DNA from: Squalus acanthias | Taxonomy: Eukaryota | Length of the DNA: 64,000 nucleotides | NCBI GenBank assembly: GCA_030390025.1 | Contig: CM059425.1 | Coordinates: 164,984,001-165,048,000 of the forward strand | Direction: 5' to 3' | Shown here: positions 50,140 through 62,244 of the stretch, in pieces | Layout of the letters: every line of letters begins with the position of its first letter | Position numbering within the stretch: the stretch's first letter is position 1 | Notes under the pieces: generated by a model | The model's input: the letters and a program-made list of their open reading frames with translations, nothing else | Told to the model about the DNA's origin: nothing | The model's database searches: none | Translations under genes and position numbers: made by a program

Positions 50140-53100
50140 CCTTGAATGTGCTGTTGCCTCCCAAATCCGTGCCCATCTTTCCTGGAACTCCATATTCAAA
50201 TCCCTCCAATTAGGTTCTGCCCCTGCCACACTACCGAAACGGGTCTTACCAAAGTCACAAATGCCATCCTATGTGACTGTGACAAAGGTAAACTCCCTCC
50301 TCATCATTCTCAGCCCGTCTGGTGCCTTTGACACCGTCGTCCAGCTGGGTGGGACTGCACTTGCCTGCTTCCATTCTTAACTATCCAGTTGTAACCAGAG
50401 AATCACCTGCAATGGCTTCTCTTCCCACTCCCGCACCGTTACCTCTGGTGTCCCTCAAGGATCTGTCCTGGGGCCCCTCCTATTTCTCATCTACATGCTG
50501 CCCCTCGGCAACATCATCCGAAAACAAAATGCCAGGTTCCACATGTACGGTGATGACACCCAGCTCTACCTCACCACCACCTCTCTCGACCTCTCCACTG
50601 TCTCTAAATTATCAGACTGATTGTCCGACTGAGCAGAAATTTCCTCCAACTAAATATTGGGAGACTGAAGCCATTGTCTTCAGTCCCCCGTCACAAACTC
50701 TGTTCCCTAGCTACCGACTCCATTCCTCTTCCTGGCAACTGTCTGAGGCTGAACCAGACTGTTCGTAACCTTGGTGTCGTATTTGACCCCGAAATGAGCT
50801 TCCGACCACATATCTGCACCATCACTAAGACCGCCTATTTCCACCACCGTAATATCGCTCGACTCCGCCTCTGCCCTGCTGCTGAAACCCTCATCCATGC
50901 CTTTGTTACTCTAGATTTGACTTTTCCAATGCACTCCTGGTCGGCCCACCATCTTCCATCCTCCATAAACATAAGCTCATCCAAAACTCTGCTGCCCATA
51001 TCCAACTTGCACCAAGTCCCGTTCACCCATCACCCCTGTGCTCGCTCATTTACATTGGCTCCTGGTTAAGCAACCCCTCAATTTTAAAATTCCCATCTTT
51101 ATTTTCAATTTCCTCCATAGCCCCGCCCCTCCCTATCTCTGTAACCTCCTCCAGCCCTACAACCCTCCAAGATATCTGCACCCCTCTAATTCTGGCCTCT
51201 TGCGCATCCCCAAATTTAATTGCTCCACCATTGGTGGCTGTGCCTTCAGTTGTCGAGGACTTAGGCCGCGATTTTGCCAGCGCTCAACGGACCCTATTGG
51301 TGGCTGTGAAATTTAAAATGATTGGCAGTGGGTCGGGAACCCACTGTCAAAACGTGCACACCTGCATTTCCCGATGTCGGGTCTGCCAGCGCTGAGCAGA
51401 CCCGACAGGCAGCGGCGGGGGACCCAATTCAAATCATTAGTGGCTTGTTTACAGCCACTTAACAATGCTTTTTTTCCCCAGATTTTTTAATTTGTCAGGT
51501 CACCCACCGGTTTCCCACTGTGCCTAGACCTCGTCTGTGAAGCTGAGGCGGGAGGTCAGTGGCCATTGAATCAGCTGATGAGTTGACAGCTTCAAATGTC
51601 AAATCAAAGTTCCCAGCTGATTGAGAAATGTTCTCTTAACCATTAGCTTCTCTAAACTGCATTTCCACTACAGATTCAGAATGCTGCAAGTCTTTACACA
51701 AGTCTCCATCCAGTCTGACCTCATTACCCCTCCCACCATTGACAGATTGCTTCTGTCATCGCTACTTCACCTGCCATCTATTCCATCAGCATAGCTGTAT
51801 TTTATACTCTCTCACTTTGGTCCTCAGAATCTGACCACGATCAACCCCAACACCAGCATCACCAGGCACACCAGCAGCACCAACAACCACAGCAACTTTC
51901 TCCGCAATCACCTGATGCTGCACAAGACAGAGGGCATCAGCACCTGAGCACATTGCTGCCCAGGAGACCAGGGATGGCCTCACCATAGCCAGATTTACTT
52001 CACTTGACGCTGTACACCCTGGCTGCCACATGATGCGCCAGGTTGGCACCACCCCACACCAACAACATAAAGCATCCCTACAATGCCAAGCTATTCCTTT
52101 CACACTCATCACCATTGCGGGCGGTAGCATTGTGTCTCACCATTCACTGCAACTCACTAAGCCATTTCCAAAGGTGCACACAAATCTGTCCAAGAACGCA
52201 AAGTGTTGAAAATAAAGATTTCAATGTTTGACAGCACATTAACAGAAACTTCACATGAACATTGGCTAAACACACAAGTGCCTATCCTTGTCTGTTGTTA
52301 GTTGGTATGATTGCACTAGGATGAGGGTGAGTGTGAAGGGTGGCTAGTGAGATGTGGAAGTGATAATATAGATAGAGAGGGACGGGTGGAGGTGCAAGGT
52401 AAGTTGGTGTGAGGAAGGATGTACAGGAGTAGGGCAGGGAAGGCAGAGTGATGGGAATGTGATGAGAGGCACAGCAGGATGAGGTTGAGTGTGGCTTTGC
52501 AGTAACGTTTCGTGATCTACTGAGATCATTGAAAGGTTTGCACCACTGCAGCCAGTTTCTCCTGATGACATCCCTGCTTGTGTCCTCCTGTGCAATGTGC
52601 AACCAGGCTGCGTTGGTCTCCTGGGGAGGTCTCCTCCGCCCATTGGAAGGGAAGAGATCCTCCCTGCGTGCTGTGACTCCCTCCATAGCATATGGGGGGA
52701 GTCATGTGAGAGCCTGGATGCAGCCGTGCACCTCTGTGCAGTGCTTGTCAGTGTTTGTAGCACCTCAATGCTGTAGAACACTGACAGCACAAATGTCAAA
52801 GCAAATTTGCGCATGGTCCCTTTAAGGAAACCTGCTGATGACGCATCATCAAATGACGTCATCAGCCCCGTTTCCTTCAATTGGCCGAGAAACGCGCTAG
52901 GCGGACTTAACAAGCCCAATCGGAGGAAAGTCATGTCGTAGGCCGAGATGAAGACAGAAGCGAGGCCGCGACCCACCACCGACGTCGCCTGCCATGAACC
53001 CGTCGAGGTAGGGAAAATCTCAGCCATAAGCTCTGGAATATACTCCCTAAGCCTCTCTACCTCTCTTTCCTCCTTTTACTCTGCCCTAATATCTGCTTAT

Positions 53101-53197
53101 GTGGCTCAGTGTGAAATTTTGTCTGATGACGCTCCTGTGGCGTGCCTTGGGACGTTTTACTGTGTTAAAGGCACTATATAAATGCAAGTTGTTGTTG
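50140..53197 (+). mobile_element. L2 LINE fragment split by the Harbinger element at 51264-53025
   Basis: gtccctcaaggatc (VPQGS), [14 protein letters not shown]. The L2 tail resumes at 53026 and ends gttgttgttg. Confidence 0.85.
51264..53025. mobile_element. Non-autonomous Harbinger element with a Myb exon remnant (minus, ~52505-52740)
   Basis: TIRs GGCCGCGATTTT / AAAATCTCAGCC, flanks TTA / ATA. Motif EDLFP..GRRRP..T.AAW..IAQE...RNWLQW.KPFNDL. Confidence 0.85.
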
Positions 53198-53312
53198 CTT
53201 GTGGGGACATCCTGAGGACATGAAAGGCAATATATAAATGCAAGTTATTTCTTCTTTAATACAAAAGATGTGATTAGCATTACAAAACAGACAGCCTTCT
53301 TCCCCTTCTGAT

Positions 53313-56300
53313 CTGGCTAACCAATATATTTTGATTTACTTGCAAGGTAAACAAATTAATTTTAGCTATGATATTCAGCATGGGTCCTGCTGTACATATT
53401 CTGCTCTTAAACAATAAGCCAGTTCAGAGCCCAGCAAAGAAGGAAATGGGAAGTGACACTGCTTACAAGCACAAACATTCAGCAGATAATGGCAGATTCT
53501 GCTAGCTAGAGTGGAGATAACGATTTAGAAGAAGAAAGAGCCATTCATTAATTGTACAAGAGAAAGGGACTGAGAAATATAGGGGAAGAAGGAATGTAAT
53601 GGGGTAAGGAGAAGGGGAATGAGAGACATGGAATGAGCGAGAAGAACTAATGAGACAAGGAATGAGAGATAGAAACAGTTAGCAGGAATGTGAGAGGAAC
53701 AAAAGAGAGAGAATGAGATAGGGAATGAAAGAGGCAGTGAAAGAGAGGGAAGGGGAAACTAGGGAGGCAGAAGAGAAATGAGAGAGCACAATCCAGATTT
53801 CAAATAAATGATTGCAAACAAAGCGTGTCAAAAGTCACATTGAATGAGCTAGGTTTCAACATTTCTTGCATTGTATATTTGTAATTATAGTCAGAGTATC
53901 AATGAGCATAGGACTTGTGACTCTTTGTTGGTATACAGGTTGTTTTGCTGGTTCTTGAACTTTGAAAAGTGAGCCACATCAATTCCAGTACATCTACTCT
54001 GATCATAGACCAGTTCCCTCAGACACTGACAATGTTAAATTTGGTCGATTATGAAATTAGTACTTATTTCAAGGTATGCAATTAATAGTAGACTGCGCTT
54101 AGTGGACACTGTCCTGTTTTAATAATAAAATAAAATACCACCTTCACAAAATTGAGTATTCAGATATTAACCATCACAAAAACGTGAGGAGGTATTTTAA
54201 CCTGGTTCACCTTATGGTGAATGAACCTTACTCTAAATTGTTCAAATTACATTTTTCAAGAATAGATAAAGCTGTTGATGTATTTTACTACTTATTATCA
54301 AGATTTGAGTAATGGATCACATATGTCAACAGTTCTTCATTATTACCCACACTGTTGAGCTTGAGCTTGGTCTGCATTTGGAGATTATCACCTGAGTTCT
54401 ACTGGAATTATATTCCTCATCTGTAGAATTAAGGTATCCAATATCGGCAGTGGCCAAAGAGGAAACAGACTGATTTTTTTACTTAACCAATTTTCTCTCC
54501 TCCCCATCTTCCCTGAAAGTGTAAACTCTCTGCTGAGGTATGGACTTTGAGTCCTGGTCATCCTCTGGTGCTGAGTCCAGGTGGCCAGTGTTCATGTGTG
54601 AGTACTGATGGTGATTGTCAGCATGTTGTTCTGACTGCGGGGGTTATTGCAGCTAAACTCAATTTTGTTCTTAGCCAACATCTATACCCATGCATTTTGC
54701 AAGGTTTGCTGGATAGCAATCTGGAAGAGGAACCTTAGCTGACTTTTTTCCTTCCTCCACTCACCCTCTCCCCATGGGGATTAAAAAAGGGAAATAATAA
54801 ATAAATGTTATGTAACATTGGCAGCATATGCATACTTCAAACATGTTAAATTGAGTGTGGTGGGTAATACTTGGCTTTTTGCCATTTTGTCAATGACAGA
54901 AGGGAGAAAAGCCTGCAGGGTACACGTTGTAAGTTTTCTTGTTTTTGAAATAAAAGTCATGGAGTTGATGGTTGGACTTCTGCCCAAAAAGGGTGTGATT
55001 TGCCAATGAGGGCAGTATTTAAACTTGAAAACTTCTTCCAGAGGATCCTATTGATGTCCACTTTATCTATTTGTACAGCTGGCAGGAAGAATCTAGCAAA
55101 TCTTTGCATAGTACACAGAAGCCCAGTTTTGTTTCAAGCTGGAATGGACCTTGTTTCTCTGTCTGCTACAAGGAAGTTTTCTCTTTGTTTGCATTTATGG
55201 GAATGGAGTAGGGGAAGAATACTGACAGATGCAAACTTAGTTTTGATCCTCAATATCACATGCAAGGAAAAATCGATCTACATGATTGAGTGTGAAGGAA
55301 AGGTATGGCGTAAATGAGAGCAGGTTTTGAGCTGCACATTGACTGTACATTAGTTGAGCAAGGTGTTTAACATGACTCCAAGCTGATAGGTGGGAGAAGG
55401 GTTAGACATTAGTGGATCATAAAATAACAAAACATTTCAGCTACTTCCTAAGTGTAGTTGATGGATTCTTGATATTTGAAAAGGCATATAACTCTAAACA
55501 TTAACTTAGAGAGATTATTCATCACAGATCAGAAAGAAAGAGATGAGGCAAGACATGTAACTCATCCTTTCATTAAAAACCTTTGGCCCTGTGCTCCTCT
55601 CATTCAGATATCACTTAGATATAGGAGTAAGATAAGCAGTGGCAGAAACACAGCTTCTAGGGCCACCAAAGGGAAACATGGTCCTTAGAGAGTAGAAGCT
55701 CATCATTATATAAATATCACTTAATTTGGAGCATTTTATTTTTCTTAAGTTCAAACTGATTCTGTAGGGAAGGGCATGTTAAGGTTCCAACTGATAGTAG
55801 GATGGTAACGTAGTAACGGTCTCAGGTAGATAACCTATCCACAGTATTCCCTTGGGTGCATTTCTAATAACCTTGAATCTAATTTGTTGATAAGAATCTG
55901 TCTAATTCCTTCTTGAAACCCAATGAGGTTTCTTGGCTGGTAATCTATTCCACATACTTGCCAACTTATAGCAGAAAAGTTCCTCCTGCATTTCCTATTT
56001 TCTTTTGTTGTCCTTAATTTATAACTATGCCCCTGTGTGCTTCAATTCTGTACTTGGCAGAAAAGCTCCTTGCAATCCAATTTATCCAAACCTTTCATAA
56101 TTTTAAACACTTCTATCAGGGAAGTCAATCTTTCCTCATGCGCTATTCCCTTAAATTCTGGGATCTACTGTGCAGCCCTTCTGCTGTAAGATGGCAATTA
56201 AGCTATAGTATATGGAAATTTCCCACCCATTTCTGGGATCCTGTGCTGTTTCATTGGCCTGCAATACTTGTGCAGGGGCAGAATCTGCAAATTACTGGAA

Positions 56301-57560
56301 GCAGCTATCTATCACAGCTTGCCACAACTCTGCTTTCTCCATTTCTAGAGTGGTCTAGAGGTGCAGATATCCAGCCCGGGGTTGAATAGGATGGTGAAGT
56401 TGTGTACAGTCTTATTCGATCTGAGACATTGGCCGGGGAGGGGGATCAAATTAGTGGCAAGTGTTCAGAGTATGTGGCGGGGGCCGAACCCGATGGCTTC
56501 GATCTTCCCAATGTTTAACAGGAAGAAGTTGCAGCTCATTCAAGACTGGATGTCGTATAACTAGTCCGACAACACAGAAGCAGTATAAGGGTCAATAGGT
56601 GTGGTGGAGCAGTAGAGCTGGATGTTGTCAGAGTACATGTGGAAGCTGACTTTATGTCTGCAGGTGATGTTGCCAACGGGCAGCATGTAGATGAGAAAGA
56701 GAAGGGACAAAGGATGGATCCTTGGGGGTGGACTCTGAAGTTAACAATGCGGGGTGGAAAGAGAAGTAATTGCTGTGGCTACGATCGGATAGGTAAGAGT
56801 ATAACCAAGTGAGGGCAGTCCTACAAAGCTGAACAGCAGAGGAGAGGCATTGGAGCAAGATGATGTGCTTGACTGTGTCAAAGGCTGCAGAGAGGTCAAG
56901 GAAGACAAGAAAAGATAATGGTCAGTCACCGACGATGTAATTTGTGACTTTGGTTCAGGCCGTTTGGAAACCCGATTGAAGGGATTCAAACAGGGAGTTG
57001 AGGGAAAGATGAGCACAGATTTTGGAGGTGACTACACATTCAAAGATTTTGGAGGTGACTGCACATTCAAAGATTTTGGAGTTTGCAGGGACAGAGGAAT
57101 TGAGTATTATTTTGTTGCATCTGTATTTGCTGTACCATCATGAGCTTGTCCTTCTAATCTAAATCATAAAGAGCAATTGTTTTCACAGATTAGTTTTGAA
57201 TTTACACCCTTTCAAGTACAGGCGGCATCAACATTAGAGACAGCTGAAGTTCATTTAACTGAGTTTGATTTTCTTAAGACTCATTCATTTGTAGTGGAAC
57301 AACTACATCTTGTCAGTACATTTGCAGTGTCTTTAATGTAAGAAAAAACTTTGAGGAGGATGGATTATACTCAAACTTAGCAGTTCAGATCAAAATTATT
57401 GTCTGATTTACGCTGACACAAGTCAGAGTGGGCCTGATGTGGCATATTCCAATCTTCAACTGATGAGGAAAATATAGTGTATTCTGAGCTCCTTGTAAAC
57501 TCTGAACCACAGCGTATATTATATCTGGAGTAAGGTTTATGCTGGGAACAATTCAAAGAC
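53313..57560 (+). pseudogene. Decayed Siglec/CD22-like Ig receptor gene (putative exons 53313-53346, 53939-54073, ~54880-55261, 55528-55680, ~57290-57560)
   Basis: Leader-like ANQYILIYLQ|G with gtaa donor; GCFAGS*TLKSEP; MTEG...FSC...STLSI..SWQEE.SKSLH...LNIT|Y; TM-like LILSLKTFGPVLLSF followed by RYRSK; tail with GLYSNL, LIYADT, VAYSNL, IVYSEL, ILY(SGV). Heavily frameshifted. Confidence 0.45.
56350..57060 (-). mobile_element. L2 LINE fragment
   Basis: Reverse complement of the RT region seen at 50200-50700 ([21 protein letters not shown]). Confidence 0.75.
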
Positions 57561-57563
57561 AAT

Positions 57564-60500
57564 GGGCTGGATTTTGATTCAGGGGCGGGCTGGGGTCGTG
57601 TAATCCACATTTCGTGTTAGCCACCCGAATCTAAATCGATGTGGGAGATTGATGCGATTTTAACATAATTGGCCAATTGAGTTCCAACGTGTGGGAACCC
57701 ATGGCCAGTGAGTTTTTCCAGTCTGAAAGTCGCTTCCAATGACATCATCATTGCTGCAGCATTTAAGGTCTGCAACAAGCCTTGCTTCCTCTGCAGACTG
57801 CCAAGCTTCTGCCTTTGCATGTTAGAGGCACCTGCAGGAAGAATGGCCAGCCAGAGACCTAGGTCTGCACCTCAATTTGATGACGTCGCCCTGCAAGCTT
57901 TAATTGAGGGAGCCAGAGCTAATAAGGAGGTGCTCTTCCCTTTTTCAGGGAGGAAGAAGCCTTCCCATCAAACCAAGGCTGTGTGGATCCACGTGGCAGA
58001 GGAGGTCAACTCATTGTCCATAACCCACAGAACCTGGCTTCAGTGCAGGAAGAGGTTTCATGACCTCCTGCGCACTGGAAAAGTGAGTATGAATTTCCCA
58101 TCACCCTCATTCTGATCCCCATTGCCTCTCCTCACCAGCACTCAGCTTTGACAACCTCTTCCTCCACATCCCACTTGACACTGACATCCCTGCACCCTTA
58201 CCCATTCCCTCTCTCTGTATGGTCACATTCACCTAACTATTCGACTATGCAGCCCTCACACTCCCTATCGCTGTGATGCTATGAAAACAACTTACAACAC
58301 ACAGGGAGGGCCCATGGTCTTGCCACCTCACTCCGAATTTGTCTCCTTCTAACCATCAATGATATAGATTCTCTACACTCACTCCTTCATTCTCACTCAA
58401 ACTCCACTTGTTTCCCTCATTGCAGGAAAAGAGAGCTCACAATAAGAGGGAAAGAGCGAGGACAGGAGGAGGGCCACCCTCAGTAGCCCAGCTCACCACC
58501 TGGGAGGAGGCGGTCCTGGAGATCATGGGAGTGGAGGAGGATGTGCAAGTGGGGGACGGACAGACGGGTGCATCAGAGCAAGCTGGTGACAGAATAGTTT
58601 ATCATCTCTCTCATTGACATTGCATGAGTCACTGATAATGATTCTGATGCTCCAGCAGACTGACTTATGATCATCTGCAATATGCAATGTGCATGTAACC
58701 TTGGACTCACATCTGACTGTTTCCTTTACTCCCCCCCAGGACCATTGCGAGCAGCCGTCCCCACCGTCCAGGAGGAAGAGCATGAGCCTCACCACTCCTC
58801 AGAGGAAGCTGCAACCTCTGAGGGCGCCACGTCAGCAGAATTCAGCGCACCCAGCACCAGCGCAGACACTCACACCTCGGAGGGAACATCGCGAGATAGA
58901 GTAGTGTTGTCACCTGGTGTATCACAGCTAACAAGTGCGCATCAGCAGATAGTGGAGACAGGGACAGCAGTGGAGAGTCCTAGTCGGAGGGCGCAGGACT
59001 CTCCTAGCTCGGCTCAGCTGCATGTCGACCCTCTGCCTCTGGGTCCATCCATAAGATCAGTGGTGCTGGAACTCCAGGAACAGATGCAGGAGTCTCTGGC
59101 AGGTTTTGTCTCCAGGGTCGCTGCGAGTGTGGAGCGAATGGAGGAGCCCATAGCGAACATGAGCAGAGCCTTTGTGGAGTCATTGGCGCATGAACGCATC
59201 ACCACGGAAAGTATGGCAATCTCCGTGGAAAGGATGGCTACAGTAGAGGAGAGGATGGCTACGGCTATGGAGGAGATAAGTCGCCAGAGTGTAGAAAACA
59301 TGGTCATTGTTCAGAATAGACTGGCATCTCTTGAGGAGCGATGGTCATCTATTGAATAGAGAAACCAGACCTTCATGGAAGTCCTTCTGAGTAGGACTTC
59401 CAGTGCAGATATGGGTCCCCATGGCCCCCTGATGTGTAGCAAGGTGCTCTCAATCCACTTGCAAGCGCTGAGGTGGGGCTAACCCATGAGAGGGATGTTG
59501 GTGGCAGACAACAAGGAAGTGGGGGCTCCTCTCCAAGCACTCACACAACCAAGCCACTGCAAAGCCCTCGGTCAGAGCCCCACCAGAGTCCTCACCCAAC
59601 TGAGATCGGCGTCTCAACCCCTGCACAGCCACAGGAGCAGTAGACTGTTGCCGAGCCCTCACAGGCTCGCAACCCCAGAGGACGCCCGCCAAAGGTGTCG
59701 AGGCAGGAGCAGCAAGAAAGTGAGCAAGGGGCCTCCACATCTGCTGAAGCCACAGGGGAAGCACCACGTAGGAGCACGCGTAAAAGAAAAATAATGCACA
59801 AGTAGTCACAAGGGTAGTCACTTGGGTGTAATGTTGTGTTTAATCTTGAAATGCCAGCACTTGCTTGGTGTGATTAAAAATTCTGCTGGCAAACTGCTGA
59901 AGTTGTGGCGTCTGTCATTTCGCAAATGGGACCTTCCACATTGAGGGCTTAGGATGACTTGCAATTGTCAGTATGGTGGTCAGAGTGATAGGAATCCACA
60001 GGTTCCTGGCCATTGTCGATGGTCTGATAAGAAGGTGCGAGGCAAAAGTGTTTGATTGTGTAGGCTAAGCAAATCTGGTCAAGTGTGTCCCTTGCATCTC
60101 CGGCAGCAATATGGTCGCGCGCTGGCGCCTTCTGGCCTGTGCAGCTTCAGGTGGGTGAGGAGCAGCTTGGCACGCCTGTTGATGCTGCTGCTGCTGGTGG
60201 TGCTGTTGTTCATGGTTCTGCTGCTGCCACGGCTGGTCTTCGTCTGAATCTGATGTCCAGGAGGAAAGGAAATAAATGGTTCCCATGCTTCTGGTATATG
60301 CCTCAGTTGAGGAAGCGCTCAGTTAAGGTGGCGAGAGGGATTTCCCAGGAGGTCACACTGGAGATGGGTGTCAGGCTCCAAACTTCCACAGCTGTGGTTA
60401 TGCCATATAAAAGTTCCCCCAGACTTCAGACAACAAAGTCCTGCCAACTGCAAATGATGGCTGATCACATCTCCTATTTCATGGTTGAGCTGCAGCTGAT

Positions 60501-60791
60501 AGTCAGCAATCCAAATGTGCTACCGCCAGGTTTCACATTCGTGGAAAAAGGGTTAAAATCACAAAGGCCTTTCAAAATGGCATTATAGAGATAATTTAGT
60601 GCTTGTTAAGGGCCTTAACGGCCTATCCCGCCTCTTGGAGGCAGGACGGAGTCGGGACCAGCAGACATGATTTAATGAAAATTTTGTGAAGGCGGGATGG
60701 AGGCGGGCTTGTGCCCGCCCGCCAGTTTTCGCAATTTTAACTCCCCACATGCCTCCAAACCCGCCTCCACGGGTCAATGAAAATTCTGCCC
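57564..60791 (-). mobile_element. Harbinger element C, relative of element B with the transposase core deleted
   Basis: TIRs GGGCTGGATTTT / AAAATTCTGCCC, TSD AAT/AAT. ORF 60065-60286 fuses the transposase N-terminus MGTIYFLSS to the C-terminal LTRFA. Confidence 0.92.
57843..59359 (+). CDS. Harbinger Myb/SANT + coiled-coil gene, 3 exons (57843-58082, 58426-58585, 58740-59359), premature stop relative to element B
   Basis: All GT-AG sites are intact, and exon lengths of 240 and 160 nt equal those of element B. TAG at 59357 stands where element B has CAG. Confidence 0.85.
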
Positions 60792-61287
60792 AATATGTTG
60801 TAAAGTCTCAGCAGAATTAACCAATTAATGTAGTCTAATTCATTCTTTCCCTGGTACTCAAACTGTGGAACTTCTTGCCTTCCTTGGTCTTCCATTCATT
60901 TTATGATCTACAGGGTTTTAAAACCCAAGTTTGTTATACGCTAACCAATGCTTAATGATTTAGTTCATCCTCTCTTCCACTCTTTTTAAAGTTCATGCCA
61001 TCTAGCGCCATGGATCTTGGCTTTCATCTGGATATTTTAATCTTAAAAGAATGATTTGTGACCACTACAACAGCATCGTTCTTACTGCTATATAAGATGA
61101 ACAAATGGTGGGATAGAAAAGCAAACGGTGCATTTAATGCAGGTAGCTTTGAAGTATGCAGGTGCAAAAGACAAAAATGTATTTATGGTCCTGGAGGTGC
61201 TCCACTGAGACTGCATTGTGAACAGTGCAGCTTCACTGAATCTAGCCTCACTGATTTCAACTACTGAGCCCAGATTAATGTATTATT

Positions 61288-62049
61288 GGGCCAGAAATTC
61301 GGGTCTCCACGGGTGAGTACGCGCTGTTTACTCACCCGTAGACCCAACGAAAGTGCCGGTTTCGCGCATGCACTGCGCATGCGCTGGAAACCGGAACTTC
61401 CGTTCCCCTGAAGGAAGGGGTTCAGAGGTCGAACGCGTGCGCCAGAGAGGCAGCGCACACGCAGCGAACTTGTTTTTTTTTTCAGGTTTCTCCGTGAGGG
61501 TAAGTACGGAGAAGCTGCGCAGGAAAAAAGGAGGCGCAAGGCCTGCTTTTAACAAGGTAAGTGGTGAATTAAGTACAATTTCAACATTTTTTCAACAGGT
61601 TTATATTTTTTACATACTTTAAAGAAAGGTAAGTTTATTTTTAGCACCGTTAAAAAGTGTAATTAATTTTTTCAAAAATTTAAATTTTTGTTTAAAGTAG
61701 TTAATTTATGTAATTTATAGTTATTTTAAAAATGTGATTTTAAAAAAATGTATTTGAAGTTTTAGTGAGGTTTTGGGGCCGATCTCTATTCATAGATTTG
61801 ACAGGTCTTCCTGTCAAAATCTATGAATGGAGATTCCCTGCTCCGATTGGCTCTCCATGGCCCACGTGATCCCAGGGGACGCTTCGAACTTACTGCGCCC
61901 CTGGGATACGCAAGCACTGCGCGCCGGCAGCTGCAGGAGGCCCAGGAGCCGAATTTCACGCAGGCCCGAAGCACAACGGCAGGCGCGCTAGGTAAGTATG
62001 CGCGCGATCCTTGCACCCACGGGAAGCCGGAGAGCCGAATTTCTGGCCC
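61288..62049. mobile_element. Harbinger-type MITE (~760-bp family)
   Basis: Perfect 15-bp TIR GGGCCAGAAATTCGG, flanks ATT / AAT. Confidence 0.9.
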
Positions 62050-62244
62050 AATATCTTGCCTCAGCAATCACCACTGGTGTTTTCAATTTAACTGCCTTGC
62101 TTGTCATGTCTCCATTCTGTACAATACTTCATGGAAGAGTGTTCTATTTATAGTACATAGGATTACCAATTAATACTTAAAAACAAAAATCAAAAACAAT
62201 GCTGTTTATCTGTCCAGTGAACCACATGTCCAAAAAGAAATTTA

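Noticed and set aside
53520..53790. Purine-rich GA tract as a functional element
   Set aside because: Low-complexity decayed simple repeat with no further support.
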